64,000 nucleotides of DNA from Candidatus Gottesmanbacteria bacterium (GTDB taxonomy: Bacteria; Patescibacteriota; Microgenomatia; UBA10105; UBA927), in contig JAHFKK010000001.1 of assembly GCA_023245335.1 (NCBI GenBank), forward strand, positions 81,918 to 145,917, in the 5' to 3' direction. Each line of letters begins with the position of its first letter. Position 1 is the first letter of the stretch. The notes under the pieces were generated by a model that worked only from the letters and a program-made list of their open reading frames with translations, was not told the DNA's origin and made no database searches. Below are positions 29,742 to 39,873 of this stretch, piece after piece. The translations under genes and the position numbers were made by a program.

Positions 29742-30944
29742 TTAGCGGTAGCCGATGGGTTTCTCTGTGAGGGCCATGGAAAGACTGATTTTGCGTTGAT
29801 CCGGCTTGACGTCTTCCACAATACAGGTAATTTCATCTCCCGCCTTCGGTTCCGTGCCTGGAGTCACTTTGCTTATATGGATAAGCCCCTCTACTCCCGG
29901 CGTCAACTCAACAAATATGCCATAGGGAGTCGTACGTGTCACTTTGCCTTTGATCTGGCTGTCTTTTTCGAACTGGTCGAGAACATGTTCCCACGGATCG
30001 GGTAACAACTGCTTCACGGAAAGCGTCACTTTACCGGTTGCGGCATCCACGCCGATTATTTTAACCTTGAGCGTATCGCCGGACTTGAGGTACTGGTTGG
30101 GATCGTCGACCTTTTCCCACGCAATCTCCGAAATATGGATAAGTCCCTCTATATCGTGCTTAACGCTGTCTTTCTCTACACTAAACTTGGCAAATGCACC
30201 AAACGGAGCAACGCCGGTAATTGCCGCCTCGACGGTATTATTGACCGTGATCGCATCCAGAAGCTCTTTTTGTTTTGAAAGTGCCGCTTCTTCAGTGATT
30301 GCCCGCTGTGAAAATACCAAACGGTTGGTCGCAGCGTCTACCTCTATGACTTTCACCTTTATACGCCGACCGGTCACTTTATCCAACTGTTTCGACAAAG
30401 AACTGTCTAACTGGCTCATGGGGATATACCCGCGGATACCGCCATAATCGACCAAAACTCCACCTCGGACTGGCTCACGCAACACGACATCGATCGCCTC
30501 TCCCGCCTTTTGCACGCCAGTGAGGTTCTGCCATCGCTTCTCAAGAAGTGACTTACGGATCGACAGAACGCTTTGCCCGCGATCGTTCTCTGCGACGATG
30601 ACTTGTGCGATGACGCTGTCTCCCGCCTTGAGGTGCGAAAGCATATCTTTGTACGTCTCAAGCTCGCGATCCATGACCACACCCTCGGTCTTCCCGCCGA
30701 TATTGAGAGCAATTTCGTGGCCGGAAACCCGGGTAATCATACCGGTAACTGTGTCACCTTTTTTGATACCCTTGAGGGTATAGCCTGCGTTTGCAAGAAG
30801 TTCCTCCATACTGGAGGCTGCTTTTTTACCCGCCGTAGCTTTAGCGGAGGTGGGAGAAGATTTTTTGGGGGGTTCTGTTACCGCTGTGTCTTCTGTCTTA
30901 CTATTTTCTATTTTCTTTTTACTATTTTCTGATTTTGTAGCCAT
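29742..30944 (-). CDS. rpsA: 30S ribosomal protein S1-like, with four S1 domains and a Lys/Ala-rich N-terminal tail.
   Basis: Repeated S1 OB-fold motifs (GDTVTGMITRVSGHEIALNIGG; GEAIDVVLREPVRGGVLVDYGGIRGYIP; ...GLIHISEIA; ...GLIHISKV). 400 aa. Confidence 0.8.
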   Translation of the reverse strand: MATKSENSKKKIENSKTEDTAVTEPPKKSSPTSAKATAGKKAASSMEELLANAGYTLKGIKKGDTVTGMITRVSGHEIALNIGGKTEGVVMDRELETYKDMLSHLKAGDSVIAQVIVAENDRGQSVLSIRKSLLEKRWQNLTGVQKAGEAIDVVLREPVRGGVLVDYGGIRGYIPMSQLDSSLSKQLDKVTGRRIKVKVIEVDAATNRLVFSQRAITEEAALSKQKELLDAITVNNTVEAAITGVAPFGAFAKFSVEKDSVKHDIEGLIHISEIAWEKVDDPNQYLKSGDTLKVKIIGVDAATGKVTLSVKQLLPDPWEHVLDQFEKDSQIKGKVTRTTPYGIFVELTPGVEGLIHISKVTPGTEPKAGDEITCIVEDVKPDQRKISLSMALTEKPIGYR

Positions 30945-31002
30945 TCATTCATTCCGCCTTTCGTTAGGGATATGGGGATTATACACGGTTCCACGCCCAG
31001 GC

Positions 31003-31341
31003 TCAAGGAGTACGCTTAGGCGGCTTGGGGAGCTTATCATTCAGGAGCGCTTCTACCTCTTCCAGCGCGCCTTTCACTTCATCATGGATTTCTTTCGGAG
31101 TTGCGGGATTTTGCAGTGCGCCTTCGATAAGCTCAAGATACCGATTGATCGTCACCTTCTCGGGATTCCCCGTGACATCTTCGAGAATATATTGAGGCAC
31201 ATGGGAGACGATAATGGGCCAAACGAGGTGATGGAGTCCCGCGCTTATCCGGGCATAAATATCTGCTTTTTCCGTATCACGAAGCGGAGACTCAGATATC
31301 TTTGTCACAATTCTTGTCAAAATGGCATCGATGTCGTCCAT
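31003..31341 (-). CDS. Member of a conserved ~105-aa small-protein family (4 copies in the window). This is the dispersed copy.
   Basis: MDDIDAILTRIVTKISESPLRDTEKADIYARISAGLHHLVWPIIV... aligns with the array copies at 54066, 54929 and 55813 (pattern M.DKL.A[IL][IV]TRIE.S.L.D..K..LYTTI..GLQ.T[VI]WP). Its start lies 8 nt after the stop of the glycine-zipper gene. Confidence 0.6.
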   Translation of the reverse strand: MDDIDAILTRIVTKISESPLRDTEKADIYARISAGLHHLVWPIIVSHVPQYILEDVTGNPEKVTINRYLELIEGALQNPATPKEIHDEVKGALEEVEALLNDKLPKPPKRTP

Positions 31342-31349
31342 AAAAAGAA

Positions 31350-32051
31350 TTAGTAGTACCCTCCGCCTCCCCTGCCAGTGAGTGCTGACGCTATCGATCC
31401 GCCCGCACCGGCGATACCACCAGCCACGCCTCCTCCTAATGGATATATGATGACAGGCGGACCCATGATCCTATCTTTAATGCGCATACCGACTGACACG
31501 CCTCCGCCGATAGCGGCGCCGAGCGCGGCTCCTACCACAGCCCCTCCAAGTCCACCTGCAAGCGTACCGACTTCTATGCCTTTGTATAGTCCGTACCCGA
31601 CACCGCCTACTATGCTTCCTGTGAGCGCTGCGGGAAGGAAATTATTCCGGTAAGCCGTACGTGCTGCAGTCGCGGTCTTGGTCGTCCGCATGGCAAAATC
31701 CCCCCATGCCTGTGCCCGAGAGAGCTCCAACTGGTAGTACACGTCTTTCGGAAAATCCTTATCTGCACGTATCATCGGCGAAGTCACGACATTTCGTATA
31801 AAATCCGATACCCGTGCCCCGTATTCAGAAAACCAACCGTTAATTTTTACGAAGAACTTCTGCACATCGACCATGAGCGTATCCCGATTCTCTTTTGGAA
31901 GCGTATCGATAAGCCGCTGGAATTTCTCCTGGTACTGCTCCAGTATGAGCTCACGGCCTCCGTGCGTGGCTCGGCGCTCAAATATCGCACTCACCGCATC
32001 GGCAAGCGGCACGTTCGGCTCTACTTCTGGCAGTGATTGTCCTTCCGGCAT
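31350..32051 (-). CDS. Protein with a soluble N-terminal domain and a long Gly-rich hydrophobic C-terminal tail (glycine-zipper-like), 233 aa.
   Basis: The C-terminus reads ...LTGSIVGGVGYGLYKGIEVGTLAGGLGGAVVGAALGAAIGGGVSVG...LGGGVAGGIAGAGGSIASALTGRGGGGYY. It is paired with a small family member in the same way as the 54-56 kb array. Confidence 0.6.
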   Translation of the reverse strand: MPEGQSLPEVEPNVPLADAVSAIFERRATHGGRELILEQYQEKFQRLIDTLPKENRDTLMVDVQKFFVKINGWFSEYGARVSDFIRNVVTSPMIRADKDFPKDVYYQLELSRAQAWGDFAMRTTKTATAARTAYRNNFLPAALTGSIVGGVGYGLYKGIEVGTLAGGLGGAVVGAALGAAIGGGVSVGMRIKDRIMGPPVIIYPLGGGVAGGIAGAGGSIASALTGRGGGGYY

Positions 32052-32090
32052 AGCTCCATACAGTATACCTAATGATTTACTATTCCGTCA

Positions 32091-32930
32091 TTACCGTGAA
32101 CGAAGTGAGGCGGATGGATTCTGTTTTTTGGAAGCTTCGATGCGCTTCCCCTCTTCTATATACTCACCAGCTATATCCCAAAATTTCGAAAAAATCTGCT
32201 TATACATCTCGGCGAATCCGGGATTCGTGATTTCCACCCCGACTTTGTTACCGTCGGCCCAGTTAAGAATAGAGATCGTGTTGTTAAATATCACCTGGTA
32301 TTGCCGTATGTTAAGGATCTTCGGCGGAATATACCTTGAGCGGTAAAATTTACCCCAATGAGGGACCGCGGTATACCAATAGTTCCCTTGGTCAGTCGCA
32401 TTTTCGATTTCTACCTTAGTTATGTGCCGTGCGACCTGCTCAAAACGAATGGTCTCGGCAAACGCCTTACCGGCGATATCGTTCCGGTTTTCATATCCAA
32501 AAACCAATATCTCCTTTTTGGCTGACAGGTGATTCCAGAGCATTTGTTTGAGGCCCTCAGTTCCGTGATAATGCTTAATCTCAAACCCGCTCCGTCCCGT
32601 AACGGGGAGCGAGACCAGCTCCTTGAGAAGCTCCGGGAGAGCTTCTTTTTGCTGCTTAAGCTCATTCTCACGCTCTAGAATAAGAAGCTGGAGGCTGTCG
32701 GGACTCGCTGCTTTTAGCCTCAATCCTCGGCCTTTATCCGTTTCCTCGAGCAATCTCTTCTCCCGCAGCCTATCAATATACCGGTATATTTTTGATCGGT
32801 TGATGCTTGTTTCACGCGAAAGATCAAGCGGAGTTTTCATACCGCCTTCAAGCAAAGAGAGGTAAATCTGAACCTCCACCTCATCAAGGCCGAACCGGAT
32901 AAGCTGTGTGGTGATAACTTGTTTGTTCAT
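32091..32930 (-). CDS. TrmB-family transcriptional regulator.
   Basis: An N-terminal winged HTH (TTQLIRFGLDEVEVQIYLSLLEGGMKTPLDLSRETSINRSKIYRYIDRL) and a C-terminal TrmB-like sensor domain. Confidence 0.7.
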   Translation of the reverse strand: MNKQVITTQLIRFGLDEVEVQIYLSLLEGGMKTPLDLSRETSINRSKIYRYIDRLREKRLLEETDKGRGLRLKAASPDSLQLLILERENELKQQKEALPELLKELVSLPVTGRSGFEIKHYHGTEGLKQMLWNHLSAKKEILVFGYENRNDIAGKAFAETIRFEQVARHITKVEIENATDQGNYWYTAVPHWGKFYRSRYIPPKILNIRQYQVIFNNTISILNWADGNKVGVEITNPGFAEMYKQIFSKFWDIAGEYIEEGKRIEASKKQNPSASLRSR

Positions 32931-32977
32931 ATGAACGAACAGATGTTTGCATGTAAGTATACATTACCCATAATATC

Positions 32978-33009
32978 TTGTCAATTCAATCTAAATAATT
33001 GTTTATATT
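32978..33009 (+). promoter_or_regulatory. Candidate promoter (-35 TTGTCA, an 18-nt spacer, -10 TTTATA/TATATT) in the divergent TrmB/33040 intergenic region.
   Basis: The + strand reads cTTGTCAattcaatctaaataattgTTTATATTatt, about 30 nt upstream of the 33040 ATG. Confidence 0.3.
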
Positions 33010-33039
33010 ATTAGACAATAGAATCGGGGTGAAAATTTT

Positions 33040-33267
33040 ATGGCAAAAGCAGAAGTACTTTCAGACGACCAACAAGCATTCAGGACCGCCCTTAATCAGG
33101 CAACTGAGGAGTTATCACAAAAAGGAAGGGTCAGTGCCAAAACCGCAGATGAATTAACGTTCAGAGTATTTCAGAGAGCAGGAGTATCGGGTTCTGGGTG
33201 GGAGGCTCTTCATGAGGCTCTAAAAAGGAGATATTCAGGAAGAAATAGGGATAAGACGCCTAACTAG
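33040..33267 (+). CDS. Small hypothetical protein, 75 aa.
   Basis: ATG ORF downstream of the promoter-like element. Charged and helical; no family assigned. Confidence 0.4.
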   Translation: MAKAEVLSDDQQAFRTALNQATEELSQKGRVSAKTADELTFRVFQRAGVSGSGWEALHEALKRRYSGRNRDKTPN

Positions 33268-33302
33268 ACTTTGCAGTATTAACGAAGGAGGTGTGCATCA
33301 TT

Positions 33303-33560
33303 ATGTTAAAAAAAGAACCGGAGAAACCGCTGGAACAAGACAGCAATATCCGTGTGGGAGGAAGAATCCATAACGGACCGCGGGAACCATTTCCAACTGA
33401 CCCGGGTGCCGTAATTCGCTTCTTGGTTAGTACAGGCGGCACGGCCGATGAACAGAAAAAATTTATAGTTTTTACCGCTGAACAATTGCGATCTGATGAG
33501 AGTCTCACAGAGGCTGATATTATGGCGAGGTGGAGGGCGCGACAAAAGCCTGTTAGCTAG
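33303..33560 (+). CDS. Small hypothetical protein of about 85 aa. The real start is the ATG at 33303, after a Shine-Dalgarno sequence.
   Basis: AAGGAGG at 33285-33291 precedes the ATG at 33303 (MLKKEPEKP...). The track's 33291 start is a GTG rendered as M. Confidence 0.45.
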   Translation: MLKKEPEKPLEQDSNIRVGGRIHNGPREPFPTDPGAVIRFLVSTGGTADEQKKFIVFTAEQLRSDESLTEADIMARWRARQKPVS

Positions 33561-33620
33561 TCTGATAAACCCGCCATGCGTAGTAACTCATCATATTACT
33601 GAGCGCGGTTGTGTTGTGTT

Positions 33621-34484
33621 TTAGATTGATATCGCCGCGATGCCGGCAATAATCGCAAGGGCGGCTATGATATGCCGGGGGGTCATTTTTTCCTTGAGGA
33701 ATATCCACGCTAGAGCGACGGTGACCAGCGCATAGGCGCTGGCTATCGGCAGAATGAATGATGAATTCGCCTGCAATTCTCCGAGTGACAGGCTCATAAA
33801 CGCCGCGAAATCAAAGGCACCGATGACGAAGAGCTGTCCCCAAGGCATCCTCCCCTTCTTTTGTATAAAAGGCGTTTTCGTCGCCATCATGTAGAGGGAT
33901 AAACAAACAATGAGGATAAGCCGGAATACAAATGTCGGCAAAAACCAATTGACGCTTTTGGTTGGCATGACGAGAAGAAAAAGCGATATCCCCCATGCAA
34001 ACATGGCGATTACCCCTTCTTTTACCCCTACTGTGAGCGCTACTTTCTTTGAAGAAAATAACTTTTTAATATCGATGGATAGCCCGATAATACCGGCTAA
34101 AATCAGCAACACCGCCCCTACCTGGTGGAACGCAAAATGTTCTTTGTAAAATATGACGCCGAGAAGCGCACTGATGAGTCCCCAAGAAGCCCCCAATGGA
34201 CTTACTAATGATACTTGGCCTTTCTCCAGACCTTTGTAAAAGGCTAAATACGCGATGAGCTGGAGGATGGCGATGACAAAGATAACCGGGAGAGCCGCCG
34301 CAAGATTTGGTGAAGAAATCGCATGCACGTTCGGCAGATAATAGAGAAATCCGACGAGTAACCCGAAGACCTGCATCCAGAGAAGAGTAAGGATATTACC
34401 GATCTTCCGCGATACGATTGCCGCGAGGAATATCGCAACTCCCCAAGAGAACATACTCACGACCCCAGGAATAATTGCGTGCAT
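33621..34484 (-). CDS. EamA/DMT-family transporter with 10 TM segments in two EamA repeats.
   Basis: The hydrophobic repeats are typical of DMT transporters. The start is taken as the internal ATG (MHAIIPGVV...) because the upstream XRE gene ends at 34529. Confidence 0.7.
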   Translation of the reverse strand: MHAIIPGVVSMFSWGVAIFLAAIVSRKIGNILTLLWMQVFGLLVGFLYYLPNVHAISSPNLAAALPVIFVIAILQLIAYLAFYKGLEKGQVSLVSPLGASWGLISALLGVIFYKEHFAFHQVGAVLLILAGIIGLSIDIKKLFSSKKVALTVGVKEGVIAMFAWGISLFLLVMPTKSVNWFLPTFVFRLILIVCLSLYMMATKTPFIQKKGRMPWGQLFVIGAFDFAAFMSLSLGELQANSSFILPIASAYALVTVALAWIFLKEKMTPRHIIAALAIIAGIAAISI

Positions 34485-34528
34485 AAATTCGTTTGGCCCA
34501 TTATACCACTCCGGTAAATGAATAAGCG

Positions 34529-34819
34529 TTACGGGGAAAGCTGTTGGTAGACGGCGCGGACGAGGGATTTGGCGAGGCGGATTTCTTTTTTGTGGGTTTT
34601 CATAGTCGTGGGGAAGGTGATGGCATCCCAATAGAGGATTTCCTGAGGCACGCCGAAGGCCCGGCTCATAGAGGTAACGAGACCAAAGCTGGGCTCCTTT
34701 CGGTTATGTTCGAGGGCGGACACATACGTGGACGTGACCGCGACACGCTCCGCTAGCTGCGTCTGCGTCATGGCTATCTTTTCTCGATATTTTTTGATAG
34801 TTCGTCCCCAGTTAATCAT
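34529..34819 (-). CDS. XRE-family (Cro/CI-type) HTH transcriptional regulator.
   Basis: The HTH is MTQTQLAERVAVTSTYVSALEHNRKEPSFGLV. 96 aa. Confidence 0.8.
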   Translation of the reverse strand: MINWGRTIKKYREKIAMTQTQLAERVAVTSTYVSALEHNRKEPSFGLVTSMSRAFGVPQEILYWDAITFPTTMKTHKKEIRLAKSLVRAVYQQLSP

Positions 34820-34829
34820 AGATTTCTCC

Positions 34830-35150
34830 TTATAATCCCCTCCCGAGTATCATAATGACTGCTTTCACGATCGGATCGGGTTTTATGATCATGAGTATGA
34901 CGCGCAATATATCCGCGACTACCTGTATGGACACACTCACTCTCGCTTTGTGTTCGCTCGTGGCGACACTTCCCTCAAGCACGTCGGCGAAAACGACCGC
35001 AAGCCGCCTATCTTTCCCTTTGAGCTGACCGTTCGTCGATGCACGCCGTAAAACGTCCACCAGACCAACCGTCACCTCCAGGGGTACGAGAATTTCTTTC
35101 TGTTTCGTATTTGTCATATTTTCGGATGCGAAGCACCCCTCCATAATCAT
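34830..35150 (-). CDS. Hypothetical 106-aa protein immediately upstream of the XRE regulator. A possible regulator partner.
   Basis: Its stop lies 11 nt before the XRE start. No motif recognised. Confidence 0.35.
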   Translation of the reverse strand: MIMEGCFASENMTNTKQKEILVPLEVTVGLVDVLRRASTNGQLKGKDRRLAVVFADVLEGSVATSEHKARVSVSIQVVADILRVILMIIKPDPIVKAVIMILGRGL

Positions 35151-35234
35151 GAAAATCTGTTGGCATGTCGCTCTTACTCATACAATGAGTATAGCACCAC
35201 TTGCACTCACAGTACAACTATAGAAGGAAATACG

Positions 35235-36308
35235 CTATTTTACCCGCACGGAGAACCCAAGAAATGTGCCGTATCGCCGAGCCGCGGCAGCAATCTGCTG
35301 ACGGTCGGCATTAGTAAATTTGTTGAAGGGCTGCGGCATCACCGTGATACCCTTTTTTCCGATATCGCGCTTCCATGTGCCTACTATCCGACCATTTATG
35401 ACGATAATTGGCGCAAACATCCCGTTTAATCCATGATTCACCTCGCTTATATGCTCCGGATTAATGACCGCCGACCGGTCTTTGTAGCTTATGAAGTATT
35501 CGTCAAACGCCGGTAATAAAAGAGTAGCTTGCGATTGAGTAATTTTTGACTGTGACCGCGCCATAAAATACTGTTTACCGTCAATTATCTCTTCTTCTAA
35601 TTTCGATTTGACTGACGCAACTCCCGCTTTTACGTCCGCGACAGTGAGCCCGCTCCACCAGGCCAAATCCTGTATCGTCGCCGGTCCATGGCTGGTAAAA
35701 TATCGTAGCGTTACTTCCCCGATCGCCTCTTCGCGGCTTATCTTCCGTTTCTGCGGCACCCATTCATCCAATAACGTAAACGTCTGCTGTTTCCCCTGCC
35801 GCGGGCCGAAGCACACAATCGCCTCTTGTCCCAGCCGCCAGAGAATGTGGATCCCCCTACTCTGATCCGCCGGGATCTTTGCCTCAGTAAAAAGACGGTA
35901 GATACTATCCCGCGTCATACATTTGCCGCCGGAAAGGGCTTTGGTGACAATCTTCCGGGCCTTACTGATGATTTCTTCGGAAAGCCCTAACATTGGCATA
36001 TGGGCCGCATAAGTTTTAATGACGCGCTCACTTGAAAGCCGCACCATCCAATGCACGTCTTGTGCAGCTACCCAATGGAGCGTTCTGCGCATCGGCCAGG
36101 TCCGGACGATCTTGCGCTCTACGATAGCCTTCTCAACGTCCTTTTCCGTGTAGTTTTTGGTCCGCAATCCAATCGCCCACAGGCTGCCGAGATAATCCTG
36201 CGCCTGCATCGCTCCCATCCACGAAACGACCTCTTCAGGCTTGGTAAAACTCGTTTGAGAAATCTTCTGATTTTCGAGACGAAGGTTTGGAACATCTGTC
36301 AGGGTCAT
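35235..36308 (-). CDS. Winged-helix DNA-binding domain protein, AlkZ/YcaQ-like (DUF1006).
   Basis: About 358 aa from the internal start (MTLTDVPNLRLE...). The assignment is from memory of the family and is not tool-verified. The ORF track's longer start would overlap the terminator. Confidence 0.55.
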   Translation of the reverse strand: MTLTDVPNLRLENQKISQTSFTKPEEVVSWMGAMQAQDYLGSLWAIGLRTKNYTEKDVEKAIVERKIVRTWPMRRTLHWVAAQDVHWMVRLSSERVIKTYAAHMPMLGLSEEIISKARKIVTKALSGGKCMTRDSIYRLFTEAKIPADQSRGIHILWRLGQEAIVCFGPRQGKQQTFTLLDEWVPQKRKISREEAIGEVTLRYFTSHGPATIQDLAWWSGLTVADVKAGVASVKSKLEEEIIDGKQYFMARSQSKITQSQATLLLPAFDEYFISYKDRSAVINPEHISEVNHGLNGMFAPIIVINGRIVGTWKRDIGKKGITVMPQPFNKFTNADRQQIAAAARRYGTFLGFSVRVK

Positions 36309-36344
36309 GCCGATACTATACCAAAAACTGCACCTCACCCACAA

Positions 36345-36377
36345 AAAATCCCACCATTTCTGGTGGGATTTTACGAT
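36345..36377 (-). terminator. Strong rho-independent terminator closing the rRNA (5S) transcript. It is symmetric, so it may also act on + strand transcripts.
   Basis: The minus strand reads aaaATCCCACCAgaaaTGGTGGGATtttttgtggg, a 9-bp perfect stem followed by a T6 run. Confidence 0.7.
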
Positions 36378-36397
36378 TATCCTTGAGTCCCCCGGCC
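36377..36397 (-). repeat. 21-nt direct repeat (tatccttgagtcccccggcct). The second copy, at 36491..36511, is the 3' end of 5S.
   Basis: Exact duplication of the 5S 3'-terminal sequence 94 nt downstream of 5S, adjacent to the terminator. Confidence 0.5.
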
Positions 36398-36492
36398 TGC
36401 CCGCCATAGCTTGAGCGAAGCGAATGCGTCGGCGCAGAACCACCAAAAAACCGTGCAGACTATATGCCTACACGGTAATTTTGACTGTACTA

Positions 36493-36630
36493 TCCTTGAG
36501 TCCCCCGGCCTCGACCTATCTTCCAAGTTCCTTGCGAAACAGGTATTGTCAGCGCTAACATGTTTCACTTCCCTGTTCGGAATGGGAAAGGGTGGTGCCA
36601 TGTCGCTTAGGAGACCGAAAGGCTCAAGGA
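36493..36630 (-). rRNA. rrf: 5S rRNA.
   Basis: The reverse complement contains ...GCACCACCCTTTCCCATTCCGAACAGGGAAGTGAAACATGTTAGCGC..., matching conserved 5S helices (CCGAAC...GTGAAAC). The ends TCCTTGAG/CTCAAGGA pair as helix I. The exact ends are approximate. Confidence 0.8.
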
Positions 36631-37046
36631 TACGAACAAAATTTGTTCGCACATATCTTTTGTAGTACGTAATTGCCTCATAAGGGGGAACTTCCCTACC
36701 TTCTCGTGGTATTCCGCTTAAAAGCGGAAATTCAGTCTGAACAATCAGACATCCTTTGTTCCCCACAACTTCGACCGATTAGTACGAGTAAGCTAAGCGC
36801 CTCACAGCGTGTACACTCCTCGCCTATGTACGTAGTCATCTACTACGGGTCTATAACGATTTTTCATCTTGGGGCGGGCTTGGCGCTTGAGATGCTTTCA
36901 GCGCTTATCCCAACCGGATCTAGCTACCCTGCGATGCCGGCACGAATGCGCGACAACAGGCACACCAGGGATCCGTCCTTCTAGGTCCTCTCGTACTGTA
37001 GAAAGTCCCCCTCAAAAATCAAACGCCCACACAGGATAGAGACCGA

Positions 37047-37429
37047 CAAATTTGTTAATCTGTACATCGCTGTACAGTTCGGACTATATCTTTCCGCCCA
37101 AGGCGGATCTGACATGTAGTCTCTGAGGGTTCCCACGACAACGTCGGGGCCTTCCCTGCTGATTGTCTGGCACGTTATACGTGCCTTTACCGCGTTTAAC
37201 GCGGGGCACCATAAAACGATCAATGTTACATTTTCACTACAAAACTGTAGTAGCAACATATACTGCCAGAGTTTCCAGCAAATAGTCAGATTTATCTCCA
37301 CGATGCACTGTGTGCATCGGGATTGTTTTCTTCTTCTATAACAGTCAATTATGAATTCTCGAAGTGGTTACAAAACGTCTGAAAACAAGACAGCTCATTA
37401 TGACGGGATCTCAATCCACGCCAAGGTCT
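37047..37429 (-). mobile_element. Group I intron of about 383 nt with no ORF, inserted in 23S at the E. coli L2593-equivalent site (GACAGU|UCGGUC).
   Basis: The exon sequence is interrupted exactly between conserved GACAGT and TCGGTC, and the exon 1 side ends in U. The insert ends with G (omega-G) and carries a group I catalytic core: cagAGACTAcatgtcagatccgccttgggcggaaagataTAGTCcgaac (P7 5' strand, P8, P7 3' strand) plus GGGAAGGCC (P4/P6-like). Confidence 0.7.
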
Positions 37430-38085
37430 ACTGTCTTACGACGTTCTGAACCCAGCTCGCGTACCCTTTTAACCGGCGAACAGCCGGACCCTTGGGAGCT
37501 TCTCCACCCCCAGGATAGGATGAGCCGACATCGAGGTGCCAAACCGCCTCGTCGCTATGGACGCTCGGAAGCGATCAGCCTGTTATCCCCGGAGTAGCTT
37601 TTATCCGTTAAGCCCGCTCCCTCCCACGAGGGATGCGAGGATCACTAACACCTACTTTCGTATCTGCTCGACCTGTCCGTCTCGCAGTTAAGCTGGCTTG
37701 CCGCGTTTGCACGACACGTCCTGGTTTCCATTCAGGATTAGCCAACCTTTGTACGCCTCCGTTACATTTTTGGAGGCAACCTCCCCAGTTAAACTGCCCG
37801 TCTGACAGTGTCCTGTTCCGGGATTTTTATGCCGGAATAAGTAAGATTTCATCATTTCGAAGAGAGGTATTCCATTGTTGCCCGAAGGCTCCCTCCTATA
37901 CTCGACAGTCAAAATAATGTCTTCAGTGCCAAATTACAGTAAAGCTTCACGGGGTCTTTTTGTCCATGTGTGGGTAGGCCGCATCTTCACAGCCATTTCA
38001 ATTTCGCCGGGTAATGGTTCAAGACAGTTGCTATGTCATTCTGCCTTTCGTGCGGGTCGGAACTTGCCCGACAAGGAATTTCGCT

Positions 38086-38368
38086 CATCAAATAGTTGTG
38101 TTACCTTTATGTCGCCATAAAGATCAGACTATATCTTTCCGCCCAAGGCGGATCGCACGTCTAGTCGTTGAGGGTTTCCCCGACGCACGTTGCGTCGTGG
38201 ATCTTCCCTGCTGATTGACTCCGCTGACTGATTGTTACCTTGCGGTACAGTCAGATACACCGAGTTGTTCCAGCATATAGTGCAATTTTTCTGATTACCC
38301 ACTTTCCTTCTGCACGATGAGTATCAGAGAGGTTTGACTACCTCACTATGGCAACGAAAATATTCTTC
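38086..38368 (-). mobile_element. Second group I intron of about 283 nt with no ORF, inserted in 23S at the L1931-equivalent site (CUA.GGU|AGCGAAAUUCC).
   Basis: The conserved helix 69-71 sequence is split. Exon 1 ends ...AACTGTTCTATGGT and exon 2 resumes AGCGAAATTCCTTGTCGGG. The intron ends in G and carries the same core as intron 1 (caACGACTAgacgtgcgatccgccttgggcggaaagataTAGTCtgatc), followed by a P9-like hairpin CTTTATGgcgaCATAAAG. Boundaries are accurate to about 3 nt. Confidence 0.6.
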
Positions 38369-39835
38369 ACCATAGAACAGTTATAGTTACTGCTGCCGTT
38401 CACCGGAGCTTAAAAAGCTAGCTTCCAACTTTCGAAGGTCACCAACCATTTTTAACTTACCGGCACTGGGCAGGCGTCAGCCCCTATACGTTGCCTTTCG
38501 GCTTCGCAGAGACCTGTGTTTTAGTTAAACAGTTGCATAGCATCATTTACTGTGACCTCGCTTACGCGAGGCAGGGCATCTCCAATATGTTACGCCCAGC
38601 TTTTGTTGCCGAGTTCCTTGAACCATGATCACCCGCTTGTCTTGGTACTCTAATACCAGCGCACCAGTGTCGGTTTGCGGTACGGACAAAAATATGTTCC
38701 CCAACGAGGCTTTTCTTGGAAGCGAAACTATGTGCATTGCCCGCAGCTTGCGCTTTGGACTTCCTGTCACTCCTCAAGTTAAACATGAAAACGGATTTGC
38801 CAATTCTCACTACTTTGGAGCTTCGTGGCTTTTCAACCAGCACACACATTCCCCTTCGTTACCCCTTTAGGTCTTAATCAACATACTTTCGGTACAGGAA
38901 TATCAACCTGTCATACATCGAGCTACGCCCACAAAAAGCGGGCCTCGCCTTAGATCCGACTCACCCGAAGTCGACGAACGTTGCTTCGGAAACCTTGCGC
39001 ATTCGACAATAAGGATTCTCACCTTAAAACGCTACTCATGCCGGCATTCGCACTTCTATCCGCTCCACACCGGTTTCCACCGTATGCTTCACTGCAAATA
39101 GAACGCTCCCCTACCACGTAAACCAAAATAAATTTTAGATTACATCTCTGTCTTCGGCGCTTTGCTTGAGCCTCGATCATTTTTGGCGCCGCAGTTTTCA
39201 TCCAGTGAGCTGTTACGCTATCTTTAAAAGGTGGCTGCTTCTAAGCCAACTTCCTGGGTGTCTTAAAACCGCGACTTCCTTAACCACTTAGCAAAGAACT
39301 TAGAGGCCTTAGACGAAAATCTGGGATGTTTCCCTTTAGCCACACGAGCTTAGCCCCGCATGACTGACTGCCTGGATAACGGTAACTGTATTCGGAGTTT
39401 CATAGAAAAATCTCGATTTCTCTTGACATTTCTTTGAGTGCTCTACCCCAGTACCACATAACCAGACGCTATACCTAAATATATTTCGGGGAGAACCAGC
39501 TATCTCCGGGTTCGATAGGCATATTACCCCTAACCACAAGTCATCTCACAGATTTGTAACTCTGACGAGTTCGGGCCTCCTGTCTGATTTCTCAGACACT
39601 CACCCTGCTCATGGTTAGCTCACCCGGTTTCGGGTCTATTACGACGTACTGTATTGTCGCCCTATTCGGACTTGGTTTCCCTGCGCCTCCCCCCTCTTCG
39701 GGGTTAAGCTAATGCACGTCGAAATAACTCACCGGCTCATTCTTCAATAGGCACGCGATCATCCGCCTTGCGGCAGACTCTCGCTGTTTGTTAGTCGACA
39801 ATTTCAGATACTATTTCACTCCCCTTCCGGGGTGT

Positions 39836-39873
<38 letters not shown>

